Below are positions 18,662 through 30,501 of a stretch of DNA of 64,000 nt, piece after piece. How positions within the stretch are numbered: the first letter of the stretch is position 1; the number at the start of each line of letters is the position of its first letter. The DNA comes from an uncultured Chloroflexia bacterium. Lineage in GTDB: Bacteria > Chloroflexota > Dehalococcoidia > DSTF01 > JALHUB01. Made by a program: the position numbers and the translations under genes. The notes under the pieces are model-generated. The model searched no databases, was not told the origin of the DNA, and saw nothing but the letters and a program-made list of their open reading frames with translations. Where the stretch lies: assembly GCA_963703345.1 (NCBI GenBank), contig OY969814.1, positions 1,920,001-1,984,000 on the forward strand, written 5' to 3'.

Positions 18662-19594
18662 ATGACAGCAACGATCATCCCTGTTGGCGAGGAGGCGGCA
18701 GGCTGGGAACGTGCCCTGTACGCATTTCTTGCCGAAAAGGAGAGACGGAGCGGCTCAAGACGCACAGTCGAGGGCTACTCCCGAACCCTCCAGCACTTCT
18801 TCGGCGTCGTGGGCAAATCGCCCGACAGAATCACGAGCCAGGAGGTGTTCACCTGGGCTTACGGCACGGGATTGTCAGGTAAGGAGCCGTCCGCGATAAC
18901 GATCGGATCACGGCTCGCCTGCCTCAGTTCGTTCTACCGCTTCCTCATCCGTATGGAGATCGTCTCCGCCAACCCCTGCGACCAGATCGAGCGGCCGAAG
19001 TCCTCGCCCAGCCCGCCGCGGGGGATCAGCGCCGAGGGAATCAGGAGGCTGATGTCGGTCATCCCCAACACGCCGGCCGGGCTGCGGGACAAAGCAATCG
19101 TCCTCACGCTTGTCTTGACGGGTCGGCGCCGGGCCGAGGTCTTCAACCTGAAGGTCGGGAGCATTATCCGGACGGATGGCCTCTTCTATACCTACCGAGG
19201 CAAGGGTGGCAAGCAAGGAAAGCGGGAGCTGCCGATGCCGGCGTTCGACGCCATCCGCGTGGCGCTGGCTGCTTTCGGCAAGGACCTCGATTGCATGCAG
19301 CCGGAGGAGTCGCTCTGGCCATCGCCTGGTCGCAATGGTAGTGGCATCACCAGTGGAACCTTCTACGGCAACCTGCAGCATTACCTGCGCAAGGCGGGGC
19401 TGCCGCCCGCCGGCGTCCACATCTTCCGCCACTCAGCTACCAAGCTGCGGCGAGACGTCGGGGAGTCGGTGGAGGACGTGAGCTCCTTCCTCGACCACAG
19501 CAGTTTGGCGGTGACGACCGTCTATTTGAGACGCTTGGAGGGACAGGAGGATCGGAGTTGGGGGAAGGTGGCGGAGGCGATTGGCATTTGTTGA
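18662..19594 (+). CDS. Tyrosine recombinase (XerC/D-like)
   Basis: SAM-like N-terminus; TGRRRAEV, HIFRH, LDHSS, TTVY catalytic residues. Confidence 0.92.
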   Translation: MTATIIPVGEEAAGWERALYAFLAEKERRSGSRRTVEGYSRTLQHFFGVVGKSPDRITSQEVFTWAYGTGLSGKEPSAITIGSRLACLSSFYRFLIRMEIVSANPCDQIERPKSSPSPPRGISAEGIRRLMSVIPNTPAGLRDKAIVLTLVLTGRRRAEVFNLKVGSIIRTDGLFYTYRGKGGKQGKRELPMPAFDAIRVALAAFGKDLDCMQPEESLWPSPGRNGSGITSGTFYGNLQHYLRKAGLPPAGVHIFRHSATKLRRDVGESVEDVSSFLDHSSLAVTTVYLRRLEGQEDRSWGKVAEAIGIC

Positions 19595-19615
19595 ATGCCC
19601 CGCATGAGACTGCGG

Positions 19616-20515
19616 CTATTCGTCCTTTGACGCCATCGCTGTGTGTGCCTTCCGGCTATCTCGCCGTCTCCGCCGGGCACGTTCTCGATTGCAGTCCGGC
19701 GAGCCACAGTAGGTGCGACCCTGAATGGCTCGGCCGCCACAAGAACACTCCCTGATATCACCCGCGAGTTCAAGCAGATAAGCAGGCCAGCCCAGGTACA
19801 TTGCGATCGGGCGGGGTTCCTTCCACATTCCGCTGTAGCGGTTTGGGTCATCACAGTCGCGCAATCCCCTCAATTCCCACCACCACCGTCCGTATTTGCA
19901 GATGACTCTCCTGACTCGCCGCCTAACCCAAGCTCTTGGGGGCGGCTTTGTGACCAACAATCCGTCAACATGTTCCCAGGGCGTTAGATGGGCATCCCAA
20001 GGCGCTTCAAACTCAGGCGCGAGCGGAAGGGTACGTTCGTCGTCTGGTCGAGCCGAATCTCGCAATGGGTCGATCAGGGGAGTATTCACATCAAGGCGCC
20101 CGCCAACGACTCCTTCGTCAGACACGTGCTCGATTCCCGCGTGTGCTCCCCAGCCAGGGGGTCGCAGGTAAAGCAGACAATCTGCCCGCACGAATGCCGC
20201 AACAACGTCTCGGGTTACCCGGCCTTCCCACTCCGGCGGCAGCAATTGCCCAGGAGCCTCTCCACTCGAGAGTATTGGCGTGAAGTAGAAACCAAAGCCC
20301 TTCTCTGACGCCTGCAAGACCATCTTGACGCCCTCCAACCCGACGAACAAGGAACCCTTCTCGAGACCGGCGGCAACACGCTCGAAGTCGTCGAACACGT
20401 CAGGCAGGTCGCTAGGCTGTTCTGGGATATCGGCAGGAGAAAGGACAAGCGCGTCTTCGGATGTCACAGATTTCGTCACAGTCACACCGGCGGCCATCGC
20501 TTCCCTATTGTTCAA
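19616..20515 (-). CDS. Hypothetical protein with C-terminal CGNR-like zinc finger
   Basis: CSC...YCGSPDCNRERARRRR. Confidence 0.6.
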   Translation of the reverse strand: MNNREAMAAGVTVTKSVTSEDALVLSPADIPEQPSDLPDVFDDFERVAAGLEKGSLFVGLEGVKMVLQASEKGFGFYFTPILSSGEAPGQLLPPEWEGRVTRDVVAAFVRADCLLYLRPPGWGAHAGIEHVSDEGVVGGRLDVNTPLIDPLRDSARPDDERTLPLAPEFEAPWDAHLTPWEHVDGLLVTKPPPRAWVRRRVRRVICKYGRWWWELRGLRDCDDPNRYSGMWKEPRPIAMYLGWPAYLLELAGDIRECSCGGRAIQGRTYCGSPDCNRERARRRRRDSRKAHTAMASKDE

Positions 20516-20629
20516 CGTGGCGGCCTACTTCCGCAACAGTACGTTTTCGTGGAAGAGGCACCTGCGCTGGCAGCGGGTCTACATTCAGCCCGCCCTGGCG
20601 GAGCTCGTGGAGGCGAGTTAGAGAGAGAA

Positions 20630-20791
20630 GTGGACAACAAGTGCCAGCTGGTCGATGAGCTGATTCAGGCGGTTACCAGGAAGCTGGAGGCAAACCGGCC
20701 GCTGCTGGAGCGCTCCCTGCATTTTGGGCGGCTGACCTGGCGCGTGACGAAGAAAGGCGATATCACAGTGAACCTGGAGCTGAAGTTCTAG
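20630..20791 (+). CDS. Small hypothetical protein
   Basis: GTG start after GAGAGAG; followed by hairpin and T-run. Confidence 0.45.
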   Translation: MDNKCQLVDELIQAVTRKLEANRPLLERSLHFGRLTWRVTKKGDITVNLELKF

Positions 20792-20988
20792 GGCAAGAGC
20801 AGAGAACCAGAATAGGTCGCTCGGGGGCGGTCTTTTTCGTATGAATCGAACTGTTGACTCTCCGGCGAAGGTTACGCATATATACGACCGCCGGCGTCGG
20901 AAGGTCGGCGACAACGCACGACGCGATCGGCTGACGGAACTGCTGGTGCGGTCCTGGCGCAGGCAGTTGACCGAAGGAATAGCAGAGC

Positions 20989-22499
<1,511 letters not shown>

Positions 22500-22571
22500 C
22501 CGCAGCCATCTTACCGCCTGCCTTGCCGGCCTGACAAGGCCTTCCAGCCAGCGGCGCCGGACAGAGTCGCC

Positions 22572-23282
22572 CTAATGGCACTGCCGGTTGAAGGCACGGC
22601 GCGGCGGGTCCGCCAGCTCCCTGCTGATCGCCTGTTCATAGATCTGCGCGATCACGGCGTGGCCGGCGTTGTTGGGATGGATGTTGTCGCCGAAGCCGGT
22701 GCCGAGGAAGGTCTTGTCCTGAGGCGTCGAAATAAGACTTAGCTGCAGCTTCGTGGCGGTCCAGAGGTCGGCAACGGCGACGTCTCGCTTAGCCGCCTCT
22801 TCCGCGATTATCTGGCTAAACACGCCGGCGCGCTGGTAGTCAATCGAATCGGCCGGCCAACCGATCCACGGCACGGAGCCCGCCACAACGATGGTGTCGC
22901 CGCCGGTCACGCAGTCGAGCAGCGAGCCGTACATCTGGCGGAACTGGTCCGCCGTGATCTGCTGGTCGATCGTCGCATGCACGCCGATTTCGATTATGAC
23001 GAAGCGCCGGTCGTGCTTCATCGCCTGTCTCGCGGCAATGATGTCGGTCGTCGGGTCGAACGACAGGAACAGGCGTCCCTGCTCTTCCACGCCCTGCCGG
23101 TCAAGCTCCTCCGCGACGAGCGAGGGGAACGCTTCCGCCGGCGTCGTGGCGGCGGCGCCCAGCGTGAGGCTGTCGCCGATGAAGGCGATGCCGGCGCCGT
23201 CGAAAGGGATGTCCTTCGGCGTGAGGACGAGCGCCATCGCGAGGACGGCGGGCAGCAGGTAGAGAGGGCGGAGTCGACGCAC
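22572..23282 (-). CDS. SGNH/GDSL hydrolase
   Basis: FIGDSLT and DNIHPN motifs; signal peptide. Confidence 0.85.
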   Translation of the reverse strand: MRRLRPLYLLPAVLAMALVLTPKDIPFDGAGIAFIGDSLTLGAAATTPAEAFPSLVAEELDRQGVEEQGRLFLSFDPTTDIIAARQAMKHDRRFVIIEIGVHATIDQQITADQFRQMYGSLLDCVTGGDTIVVAGSVPWIGWPADSIDYQRAGVFSQIIAEEAAKRDVAVADLWTATKLQLSLISTPQDKTFLGTGFGDNIHPNNAGHAVIAQIYEQAISRELADPPRRAFNRQCH

Positions 23283-23421
23283 GGTGAGTCCTTCGGCGTC
23301 CGGTCGAGCCTGTTCCTATCTGAAGCTTATCACAACGACCGCTGGCCCCAATCGGCGAAGGTCCACATTGTGGCACAGGCGACCCTCGGAGTGTAGAATC
23401 AGCGGCGAAGGAGAGCTCAGG

Positions 23422-24039
23422 ATGGACTCGACTGCAATCGTGCGCCTCGAATCGGGACAGGTCGAAAAGGCCGGGAAGATGCTCGGCCGCGCCTTCTTCG
23501 ACAACCCGATGTCGCTCTTCCTCCTGCCCGACGCAGAGACACGCAGCCGTCCGCTGACCTGGATGTTCGATCGGACGACTCGCTACGGCCTGCTCTTCGG
23601 CGAGGCCTACACCACCATCGACAGCGTGGACGGCGCCGCAATCTGGCTGTCCCCGGAGAGCCCCGCGATGACCCGCGAGACCCTCACCGCCGCCGGAATG
23701 ATGGACATGCCGCAGCAGATGGGCTCCGAGCCGTTCCAGCGGCTGATGCTGATGAAGCGCCACTTCGACGAGCTGCGTCAGCGCGACGCTCCGGAGCGGC
23801 ACTGGTACCTGTGGACGCTCGGCGTGGACCCGCCGCGACAGGGCCAGGGCGTCGGCAGCGCGCTGCTGCGTCCCGTGCTGGCGCGGGCCGACGATGAGCA
23901 CCTAGCGTGCTACCTGGAGGCGGACAAAGCGAAGAACGTTCCGTTCTACCAGCGTCACGGCTTCGAAGTGGTGGAGGAGGACGATCTGCCGGGCGGCGGC
24001 CTCCACTACTGGACGATGAAGCGGCGTCCTCAACCCTAG
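23422..24039 (+). CDS. GNAT N-acetyltransferase
   Basis: LGVDPPRQGQGVGSALL; NVPFYQRHGF. Confidence 0.88.
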   Translation: MDSTAIVRLESGQVEKAGKMLGRAFFDNPMSLFLLPDAETRSRPLTWMFDRTTRYGLLFGEAYTTIDSVDGAAIWLSPESPAMTRETLTAAGMMDMPQQMGSEPFQRLMLMKRHFDELRQRDAPERHWYLWTLGVDPPRQGQGVGSALLRPVLARADDEHLACYLEADKAKNVPFYQRHGFEVVEEDDLPGGGLHYWTMKRRPQP

Positions 24040-24066
24040 CCACCGCGGGGCGAGTCTCACCCGCAC

Positions 24067-24168
24067 CATCGCCGCCAACTTCTCGTACTCCACGCGCGGC
24101 ACCTCGACGAATATGTCGATGCGGTCCAGCAGCGGCCCCGATATGCGCTTCTGGTAGCGGCTGACGGT
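24067..24168 (-). pseudogene. 102-bp duplicate of an internal comM segment
   Basis: Two mismatches versus 26897-26998 (TVSRYQKRISGPLLDRIDIFVEVPRVEYEKLAAM). Confidence 0.9.
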
Positions 24169-24335
24169 TCCCACGTGGACAGTTTTGCGCGTTCCCGTTC
24201 TAGTCTAGCAGCTAGGCGTGTGCCCAATTGAGATGCCCCCCTTCTTTGGCCCAGTGTTCTCAGCGAGAGAATAGAGAATACTGGACCTGGACTCGTTTTC
24301 GGCGGCAGGCCAATCATGCCGCCACCACGCCGAAG

Positions 24336-26522
24336 TTACACCACATGCGAGGACTCTCTTCCTCGGCGGTGCAAACGTGAGGCGAACCGCGATAGCAGCA
24401 GTAGCGCCCCGCCTAGTATCGTGCCGATTGTAACGGCAGCTCCGTAGCGAAAGCTGCGAGGATCGAATACGAATCTGTAGGTGTGTTCACCGGTCAACGC
24501 CTGCGTGGACAGGAAGCCCCCATAGTTCTCCGGCGCTCCTGCGCGTTTCCCGTCAATCTCGAGACGCCACCCAGGGTGGAAGCTCTCCAGAACAAGCAGG
24601 CGGTCATCGCTTGCAGGTGGATTCGCCTTCACTTCGATCACGTTCGCGGAGACCACGCGCGCCCCAGCCTCATGAGTCTTCTCATGCCAGAGATACGACG
24701 CATCCGTGGGCGGGTCTGCAGAACGCACTGTGGAGGCATAGTACGGGCTTTGAGGCAGTTCATAGATAGACCGTCCTTCTACAGTCCCGATGAGTTCAGC
24801 ACTGGGGAAGTTGCCTTTCAAATCTCCGATTACGTACTTGGGCGTTACGGTTATCGATCGAGGAACCGAAGGCGAGGTGGGATTCGGCGCATAGTATGCA
24901 TATTCCCAGTTGGCGTCCAAGCGTTTAATGCCCAGCTCATAGAACTCGGTCGGCACGGCCTGACCCAAGTCGGTGACGAAGACGTAGAAGACGGAAGGAT
25001 CGCGTTCACGAAGCCACTGGGCGGCGGAAGTGCGATCGCAGAAGCGGGTGCCCCCGTGCAAGATCGAACGGTTTGCGTCGAACACGTCGCGCAGACCGTA
25101 GAACGAGACAGCAATGAGCGCCGCCGCCAGGATGGGACCGAGCGCGATGTGCAGAGCTGTCCCCGCCGGCTGAAGAGCGAACGAGAGGCGCCAGCGATGC
25201 TGAGCGGCGAGCCAGTCTCTCAGGTACTGCAGTCCGAATGCGGCGAGGAGGATTAGAAACGGCGTTGCGAAGGCCAGGGTCCGCGTTGGAACACGGATGC
25301 GGTAGAGGAAGGAAGCATCGTCGTAGATCCATTGGAAGAAGGTGTGGGGAGCCGCTGCCCAGGCGAGGTAGAGGCCGAAGAGCGCAGCAGCCCAAGCAAT
25401 TGCGAAGCGCTGGGAAGGCCGTTGCAGCGCGGCCACCACCAGCGCCAACCCAACGAGCGGCACAACGCCGACATAGTAGTAGTACTCCCACCAGCCCCAC
25501 GTTCGTCCCAGGAGCTGCGCACCCAGATAGTTGGTATTGGGAATAAAGAAGTTCTCGGCAGAGGCCAAGACCGTTTGCGCACCGCTCAGGTCGAAGCGGG
25601 GCCCCCTGAAATAGCCTCGGCTCTCCAGTTGCGGCAGCAACCGGATGGCCGAGAAGCCAACGGTCCAGCCGAACACGGCTAGTCCGCGACTGAGGACAGC
25701 CGCGCCGCGTTCCGGACTCCAGCGTCCGTTGGTCCACCCTTCGGCAGCAAGAAGCACAAGAAAGGTGAGGAATAGGCCCGGGACGGCATAGATGGTGTAG
25801 TAGTATTGGCCGGATAGGAAGAGCAGGGCGCCCGCCAGCCCCGCAAGCATTGGATAGACTACGCCGGGCCTGCGCAGCGCCTGGAAGCCGAGTGCGAACA
25901 CCAACGGCACGTACGGGAGCCCGGTGACGAGGTTGAAATGCCCTGCGTACACCCTCCCGGCAAGCGCGCCGCTCATCGCCATCAGCAGCCCGCACCACAC
26001 CCGCCAGGGCCGCGAGAGACCTACTACGGCGGCAAGGTAGTACATTGCCAGGCCGGCAGCCACCATGCTCAGCACGGCCGCCACCTTCGACCCGTTGAGC
26101 ACGCCCCAGATGAGAGACGGTACGGAGGAAATAGGATTCAGCAGGTGCGTCTTCGGTTCCGCAACATATGGGACGCCCGTGCGAAAGTAGGGATCCCACA
26201 ATGGGTACTCTACATGGTCCAAGATGGACTGCCTGTCCAGCTGCATTGAAGACGTGGAGGCCTCCCAATCGGGGTGGCCCGACGGTATGTGGGACTCATC
26301 GAAGTTGAGGACGGGGCGGGCGAAGAGGATGGCCACCCCGACGATAACGGCAAGGTCCAGCAACACGCCAAAGCGAACCGCAGTCTTAAGAGCGGCTTGC
26401 CAAGGCTGGCGGCCGACGATGCCACCGGGCTCAGCCGTGAAACGCCGCCGCCGCACCGGTTTAGGAGCGCCAGCACGCTGCGGTTCGGCCGGGTCTTCTT
26501 CGCAAAGGGAGTCCATTGTCAC
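24336..26522 (-). CDS. YfhO-like multi-TM GT-C glycosyltransferase
   Basis: PLWDPY...GVP N-terminal motif, many TMs, R-x-P-x-R, PGW and G-x-H C-terminal motifs. Confidence 0.7.
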   Translation of the reverse strand: MTMDSLCEEDPAEPQRAGAPKPVRRRRFTAEPGGIVGRQPWQAALKTAVRFGVLLDLAVIVGVAILFARPVLNFDESHIPSGHPDWEASTSSMQLDRQSILDHVEYPLWDPYFRTGVPYVAEPKTHLLNPISSVPSLIWGVLNGSKVAAVLSMVAAGLAMYYLAAVVGLSRPWRVWCGLLMAMSGALAGRVYAGHFNLVTGLPYVPLVFALGFQALRRPGVVYPMLAGLAGALLFLSGQYYYTIYAVPGLFLTFLVLLAAEGWTNGRWSPERGAAVLSRGLAVFGWTVGFSAIRLLPQLESRGYFRGPRFDLSGAQTVLASAENFFIPNTNYLGAQLLGRTWGWWEYYYYVGVVPLVGLALVVAALQRPSQRFAIAWAAALFGLYLAWAAAPHTFFQWIYDDASFLYRIRVPTRTLAFATPFLILLAAFGLQYLRDWLAAQHRWRLSFALQPAGTALHIALGPILAAALIAVSFYGLRDVFDANRSILHGGTRFCDRTSAAQWLRERDPSVFYVFVTDLGQAVPTEFYELGIKRLDANWEYAYYAPNPTSPSVPRSITVTPKYVIGDLKGNFPSAELIGTVEGRSIYELPQSPYYASTVRSADPPTDASYLWHEKTHEAGARVVSANVIEVKANPPASDDRLLVLESFHPGWRLEIDGKRAGAPENYGGFLSTQALTGEHTYRFVFDPRSFRYGAAVTIGTILGGALLLLSRFASRLHRRGRESSHVV

Positions 26523-26578
26523 GCCGTTCCCTCGTAGGCCTTCCTAGGCGACATCATATTCCGTGGGCCCACGTGGCT

Positions 26579-28105
26579 TCACGCGCCGCGGTGACGGTAC
26601 TGCACCGCCTCCGCCAGGTGCGACGGCCCGATCTCGTCGCTTCCCGCCAGGTCCGCTATCGTCCGCGCCAGCTTCAGCACCCGGTGGAACGCCCGCGCCG
26701 ATAAGCCTAGCTGGTTCATCGCCAGTCGCAGGAGGCCCTTCGCCGGCTCCAAAAGCTGCGCCTGGCAGTACTCCCGCACCTCCGTCGGCGTCATCTCCGC
26801 GTTACACGTGAGGCGCGTCCCGTTGAAGCGCGCCGTCTGACGCCGTCGCACTGCCTCGACGCGGCCGCGCACCTTCGCTGATAGCTCGCCCGGCGACATC
26901 GCCGCCAGCTTCTCGTACTCCACGCGCGGCACCTCGACGAAAATGTCGATGCGGTCCAGCAGCGGCCCCGATATGCGCTTCTGGTAGCGGCTGACGGTCG
27001 ACTCCGAGCAGGTGCACTCCTTCGTCGGGTCGCCGTAGAAGCCGCAGGGACACGGATTCATAGCGGCGACGAGCATGAAGTTGCTGGGGAAGGTCGTCGT
27101 GCCGTGGGCGCGGCTGATGGTCACCATGCGGTCCTCCATCGGCTGACGCAGCACTTCGAGGACCGCCTGTCCGAACTCCGGCAGCTCGTCGAGAAAGAGC
27201 ACGCCGCGATGGCTCAGCGTTATCTCGCCCGGGCGCACCTGCCGTCCGCCGCCGACGAGCCCCGCGTGCGACACGGTGTGGTGCGGCGAGCGGAAGGGCC
27301 GTCGCCTGATCAGCGGCGTGTCCGCCGGCAGTAGCCCGCCGACGCTGTAGATCTTCGTCACCTCCAGCGCCTCTACCGGGCTCATCGGCGGCAGAATCGA
27401 CGGCATGGCGCGGGCGAGGAGCGTCTTGCCGCTTCCCGGCGGGCCCGTCATCAGCAGGTTGTGGCCGCCGGCCGCAGCGACCTCCAGAGCGCGCTTGACG
27501 TGCTCCTGTCCCTTGATGTCGGCGAAGTCCGCGCCGTCCCAGACCGGCTCCTCGGGCGCGAGCTCGGTTGGCCCGGCGACGAACGGCTCGATAGGCTCGA
27601 TGCCGGCCAGATGCGCCGCAAGCTGCGCCAGCGACTTCACCGGCAGCACGGTCACGCCTTCGATGAGCGCCGCTTCGGCGGCGTCGGCCTCCGGCACGTA
27701 GACGGTCTCGATGCCGCGTTCCTTCGCCAGCGCGACCATCGAAAGGATGCCGTGGGCGTGGCGCACCTGCCCGTCCAGCGCCAGCTCGCCGAGGAAGAGC
27801 GCGCTCGAAAGGTCGGCGACGACCTGCTGCGACGCCAGGAGGATGCCGACGGCTATCGGCAGGTCGTAGGCAGGGCCTTCCTTGCGAACGTCGGCGGGCG
27901 CCAGGTTGACGGTGATGCGTCTCGACGGGAACTGGTGGCCGGAGTTGCGCACCGCCGAGCGCACGCGCTCCTTCGCCTCCTGGACGGCGGTGTCGGGCAG
28001 CCCGACGATGTAGAACGCGGACAGTCCGGAGGCAATGTCGACCTCGACCTCGACGACGGTGCCTTCGAGGCCGACGACTGCGCAAGAAAGTACTTTGGCG
28101 AGCAT
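26579..28105 (-). CDS. comM: YifB/ComM Mg-chelatase-like AAA+ ATPase
   Basis: [41 protein letters not shown]. Confidence 0.95.
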   Translation of the reverse strand: MLAKVLSCAVVGLEGTVVEVEVDIASGLSAFYIVGLPDTAVQEAKERVRSAVRNSGHQFPSRRITVNLAPADVRKEGPAYDLPIAVGILLASQQVVADLSSALFLGELALDGQVRHAHGILSMVALAKERGIETVYVPEADAAEAALIEGVTVLPVKSLAQLAAHLAGIEPIEPFVAGPTELAPEEPVWDGADFADIKGQEHVKRALEVAAAGGHNLLMTGPPGSGKTLLARAMPSILPPMSPVEALEVTKIYSVGGLLPADTPLIRRRPFRSPHHTVSHAGLVGGGRQVRPGEITLSHRGVLFLDELPEFGQAVLEVLRQPMEDRMVTISRAHGTTTFPSNFMLVAAMNPCPCGFYGDPTKECTCSESTVSRYQKRISGPLLDRIDIFVEVPRVEYEKLAAMSPGELSAKVRGRVEAVRRRQTARFNGTRLTCNAEMTPTEVREYCQAQLLEPAKGLLRLAMNQLGLSARAFHRVLKLARTIADLAGSDEIGPSHLAEAVQYRHRGA

Positions 28106-28342
28106 TCGCCCCTTTATCGCACATTCATGCTGCGTGAGACAAGAGGCACGGCAAGGATTCTACGGGCCAGGCCATGTCTTCCGGGCTTGACCGACTCGCC
28201 TGCGCAGCGTTTAATGCGGCTGAGCAAGGGTGAGCGACGAGTGACGAAGACCGTGTGCCCGTTGCCGCGCTCCTTTGACAACGCCCCGCCGGGCCAACCA
28301 CCCTTCGAGCATCGTCGATAGAGCAAGAACCAGAGGGAACCC

Positions 28343-28558
28343 ATGGCTTTCGAGAAAGACATACTCAAGAGGTTCGCTTTTGTCTGGTTCGCATTGGCGC
28401 TCTTGCTCTTACCAGCTCTCACCATCTACTTCGTTGTCATAGGAGGAGGCAGCTTCGGGCCTGTCCTTGCGGCTTGGGCGGTATTCACGGCCTGTGGGCC
28501 GATCGGTAGTGTGAGTGTACTCCTCTTGCGCCGATGGGCCGAACGCCATCAGCCTTAG
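28343..28558 (+). CDS. Small two-TM membrane protein
   Basis: GAGGG SD; two hydrophobic helices. Confidence 0.55.
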   Translation: MAFEKDILKRFAFVWFALALLLLPALTIYFVVIGGGSFGPVLAAWAVFTACGPIGSVSVLLLRRWAERHQP

Positions 28559-28878
28559 CGAACGCCAAAGCCTCGAAGACGCGCGTGGCCGCAGAACGGC
28601 ATGCCGCCGAAGCAACGGGATCGGCCTGTTGGTCCGAAGACGTGTGGCAGAGCATCGGGTACTGATGGCTCAATCAACAACTGGTCGCACTGCCGCGTTC
28701 TTCACGTGCCTTTTGGTTTGACAAGAGGCACCACGTCGCTGATTCTGAGCTCGGAGGCGGGGGCCTGAGGCGAACCTTCCGGTCCCATTGACAAACGCTT
28801 CGGCAGCGCTATACTTGCTGCACCGGCCGTTCCCGCGATTCTCGAGCACAAGTATCCTCGCCGTCTAGAGAATGTACG

Positions 28879-30057
28879 ATGCGTCTCCGATCTATGTCCC
28901 GCTTCCTTCTCCTCGGAACACTGGCGATAGTCGCTCTGACTGCGAGCGCGGTGCGAACCCAACCGGCCCAGGCCAAGCCAATGAACGTCTTGGGCATCAA
29001 CCCTAGGCTTTGTTTCCTGATGACCCAGGGCAGAGACTGGAACGACAACGGGGTACTCGACAGCGGCGACAGCACGACGGCTCTTGTACAATGTCAGCAC
29101 CTTGACCAGCCTGGCGCAATCCAGAGCCTGGTACGCGTGCTCGGCGGAAATCCGGACAATCCCCAACCGTCCGACTTTGCACCAATTGACCTGGATGCAA
29201 ATCAGTTGCACGAGCAGGACGGCGTGCTGACGATCGTGGCCTTCGTGTCCAATGATGACCTGGTAACGTTTTCGACCGACAAGGGCATCTTCGACGCCAG
29301 TGGAACGGCCAGCGCCGTCTGCGGACCCGTTCCTTTCCAGGACGAGGACTGCGACGGCAATGGCGTCAGGGGCGACGGCGTCATCGCTGTCAATTTGATT
29401 GCCAACAACGCACCCCGCGGCCCGGGGACGGTAACCGTCAACCAAAGCGGCGTCGACACACTGCTGAATTTCACCATCACCGGGGAGCCCTCTCAGATCC
29501 ATCTCAGTATTGGTAAGGCAGTAGAAACTGGGGCAGCGAGTTGCCAATACCCACAAAGCGAGGCCGAATGGGGACAAGCTTCTACGGCGCGCCAAAAAAC
29601 GGTGATGCAGGCCCAGATTCTCGACTCTGACGGCAAGCCTTTGACGGCATCGCTCGTAAGATGGCAGACCGACGATCAGACAAAGGCAGTCACTGCCGCA
29701 CCGTTCGGCTGGACCACCGATCTGGGATCCGCGGGCTTTGCGGCGAGGAACGTTCTGTGCGGCGTGCATAACGCGGGACCAGTCACAGCCACGGCATCGA
29801 TCACCAACGGCGACAATGTACTGCCAAACGGCTTGGCCATCGATCCAATGGCTGGCGTAGCCTCCGCAAGCCTTTCGGAGACGGTGTTAGCGGCTGCAGC
29901 CGTCGGTGGCGTTGCGGAGCCTCCCGATTCCATTCAAAGCAGCGGCAATTCCGGCAAGACTGGCCTTACGCTGGCGGCGGCAACGGGATCGGTGGCGCTT
30001 CTTCTCGGCCTCGCTGCTGGCACTCGCTATGCTGGCAGGCGCCGGCGGGCAGAATAG
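28879..30057 (+). CDS. Secreted Ig-like surface protein with a VGGVAEPP-TM-basic C-terminal anchor
   Basis: Signal peptide; Asp/Gly Ca-binding-like loops; C-terminal TM and RRRR. Confidence 0.75.
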   Translation: MRLRSMSRFLLLGTLAIVALTASAVRTQPAQAKPMNVLGINPRLCFLMTQGRDWNDNGVLDSGDSTTALVQCQHLDQPGAIQSLVRVLGGNPDNPQPSDFAPIDLDANQLHEQDGVLTIVAFVSNDDLVTFSTDKGIFDASGTASAVCGPVPFQDEDCDGNGVRGDGVIAVNLIANNAPRGPGTVTVNQSGVDTLLNFTITGEPSQIHLSIGKAVETGAASCQYPQSEAEWGQASTARQKTVMQAQILDSDGKPLTASLVRWQTDDQTKAVTAAPFGWTTDLGSAGFAARNVLCGVHNAGPVTATASITNGDNVLPNGLAIDPMAGVASASLSETVLAAAAVGGVAEPPDSIQSSGNSGKTGLTLAAATGSVALLLGLAAGTRYAGRRRRAE

Positions 30058-30241
30058 CTGGCCAGGAGAGGCTATGAGTCGAAACAGCGTGGCTGGCGGT
30101 GCCTGCGCGGACGGGCGTGAATCCCCTCGTTCGCCGAGCCACAATCCTTCGCAATTGCCACGCGCCCTCTGTCCGATTCGCGGAATCGTGCTATAATCCG
30201 CAAGTCATCCATCATCGCAGAATCCAACGAAAGGAGAGCCT

Positions 30242-30337
30242 ATGCCGTCTGTCGTTAAGAAGCGGCGGAAAAAGATCCGCAAGCACAAGTACCGCAAGAT
30301 GCTCAAGAAGACGCGCTGGCAACGCAAGCACAAGTAG
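30242..30337 (+). CDS. Ribosomal protein bS22 (AURKAIP1/COX24 family)
   Basis: MPSVVKKRRKKIRKHKYRKMLKKTRWQRKHK; AAGGAG SD; too short for the ORF track. Confidence 0.9.
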   Translation: MPSVVKKRRKKIRKHKYRKMLKKTRWQRKHK

Positions 30338-30501
30338 GGGCGACGACCCCCCGAGCCCTGCTGCCTCTGCGTTCCTCTTCAGCGGCGTCGTTCTCGACAC
30401 CGATCCCCGTATCAACGCACACCGTCCAATCGACACTGCAGGCTGGCGCCCGCGGCTCGTGGTAGTGCGCCCTCCGCCCGTAGTACACTGATGGCGACAG
30501 C

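Noticed and set aside
24067-24168. DGR template/variable repeat pair with comM
   Set aside because: Only two mismatches, no reverse transcriptase, and the target is a conserved ATPase core
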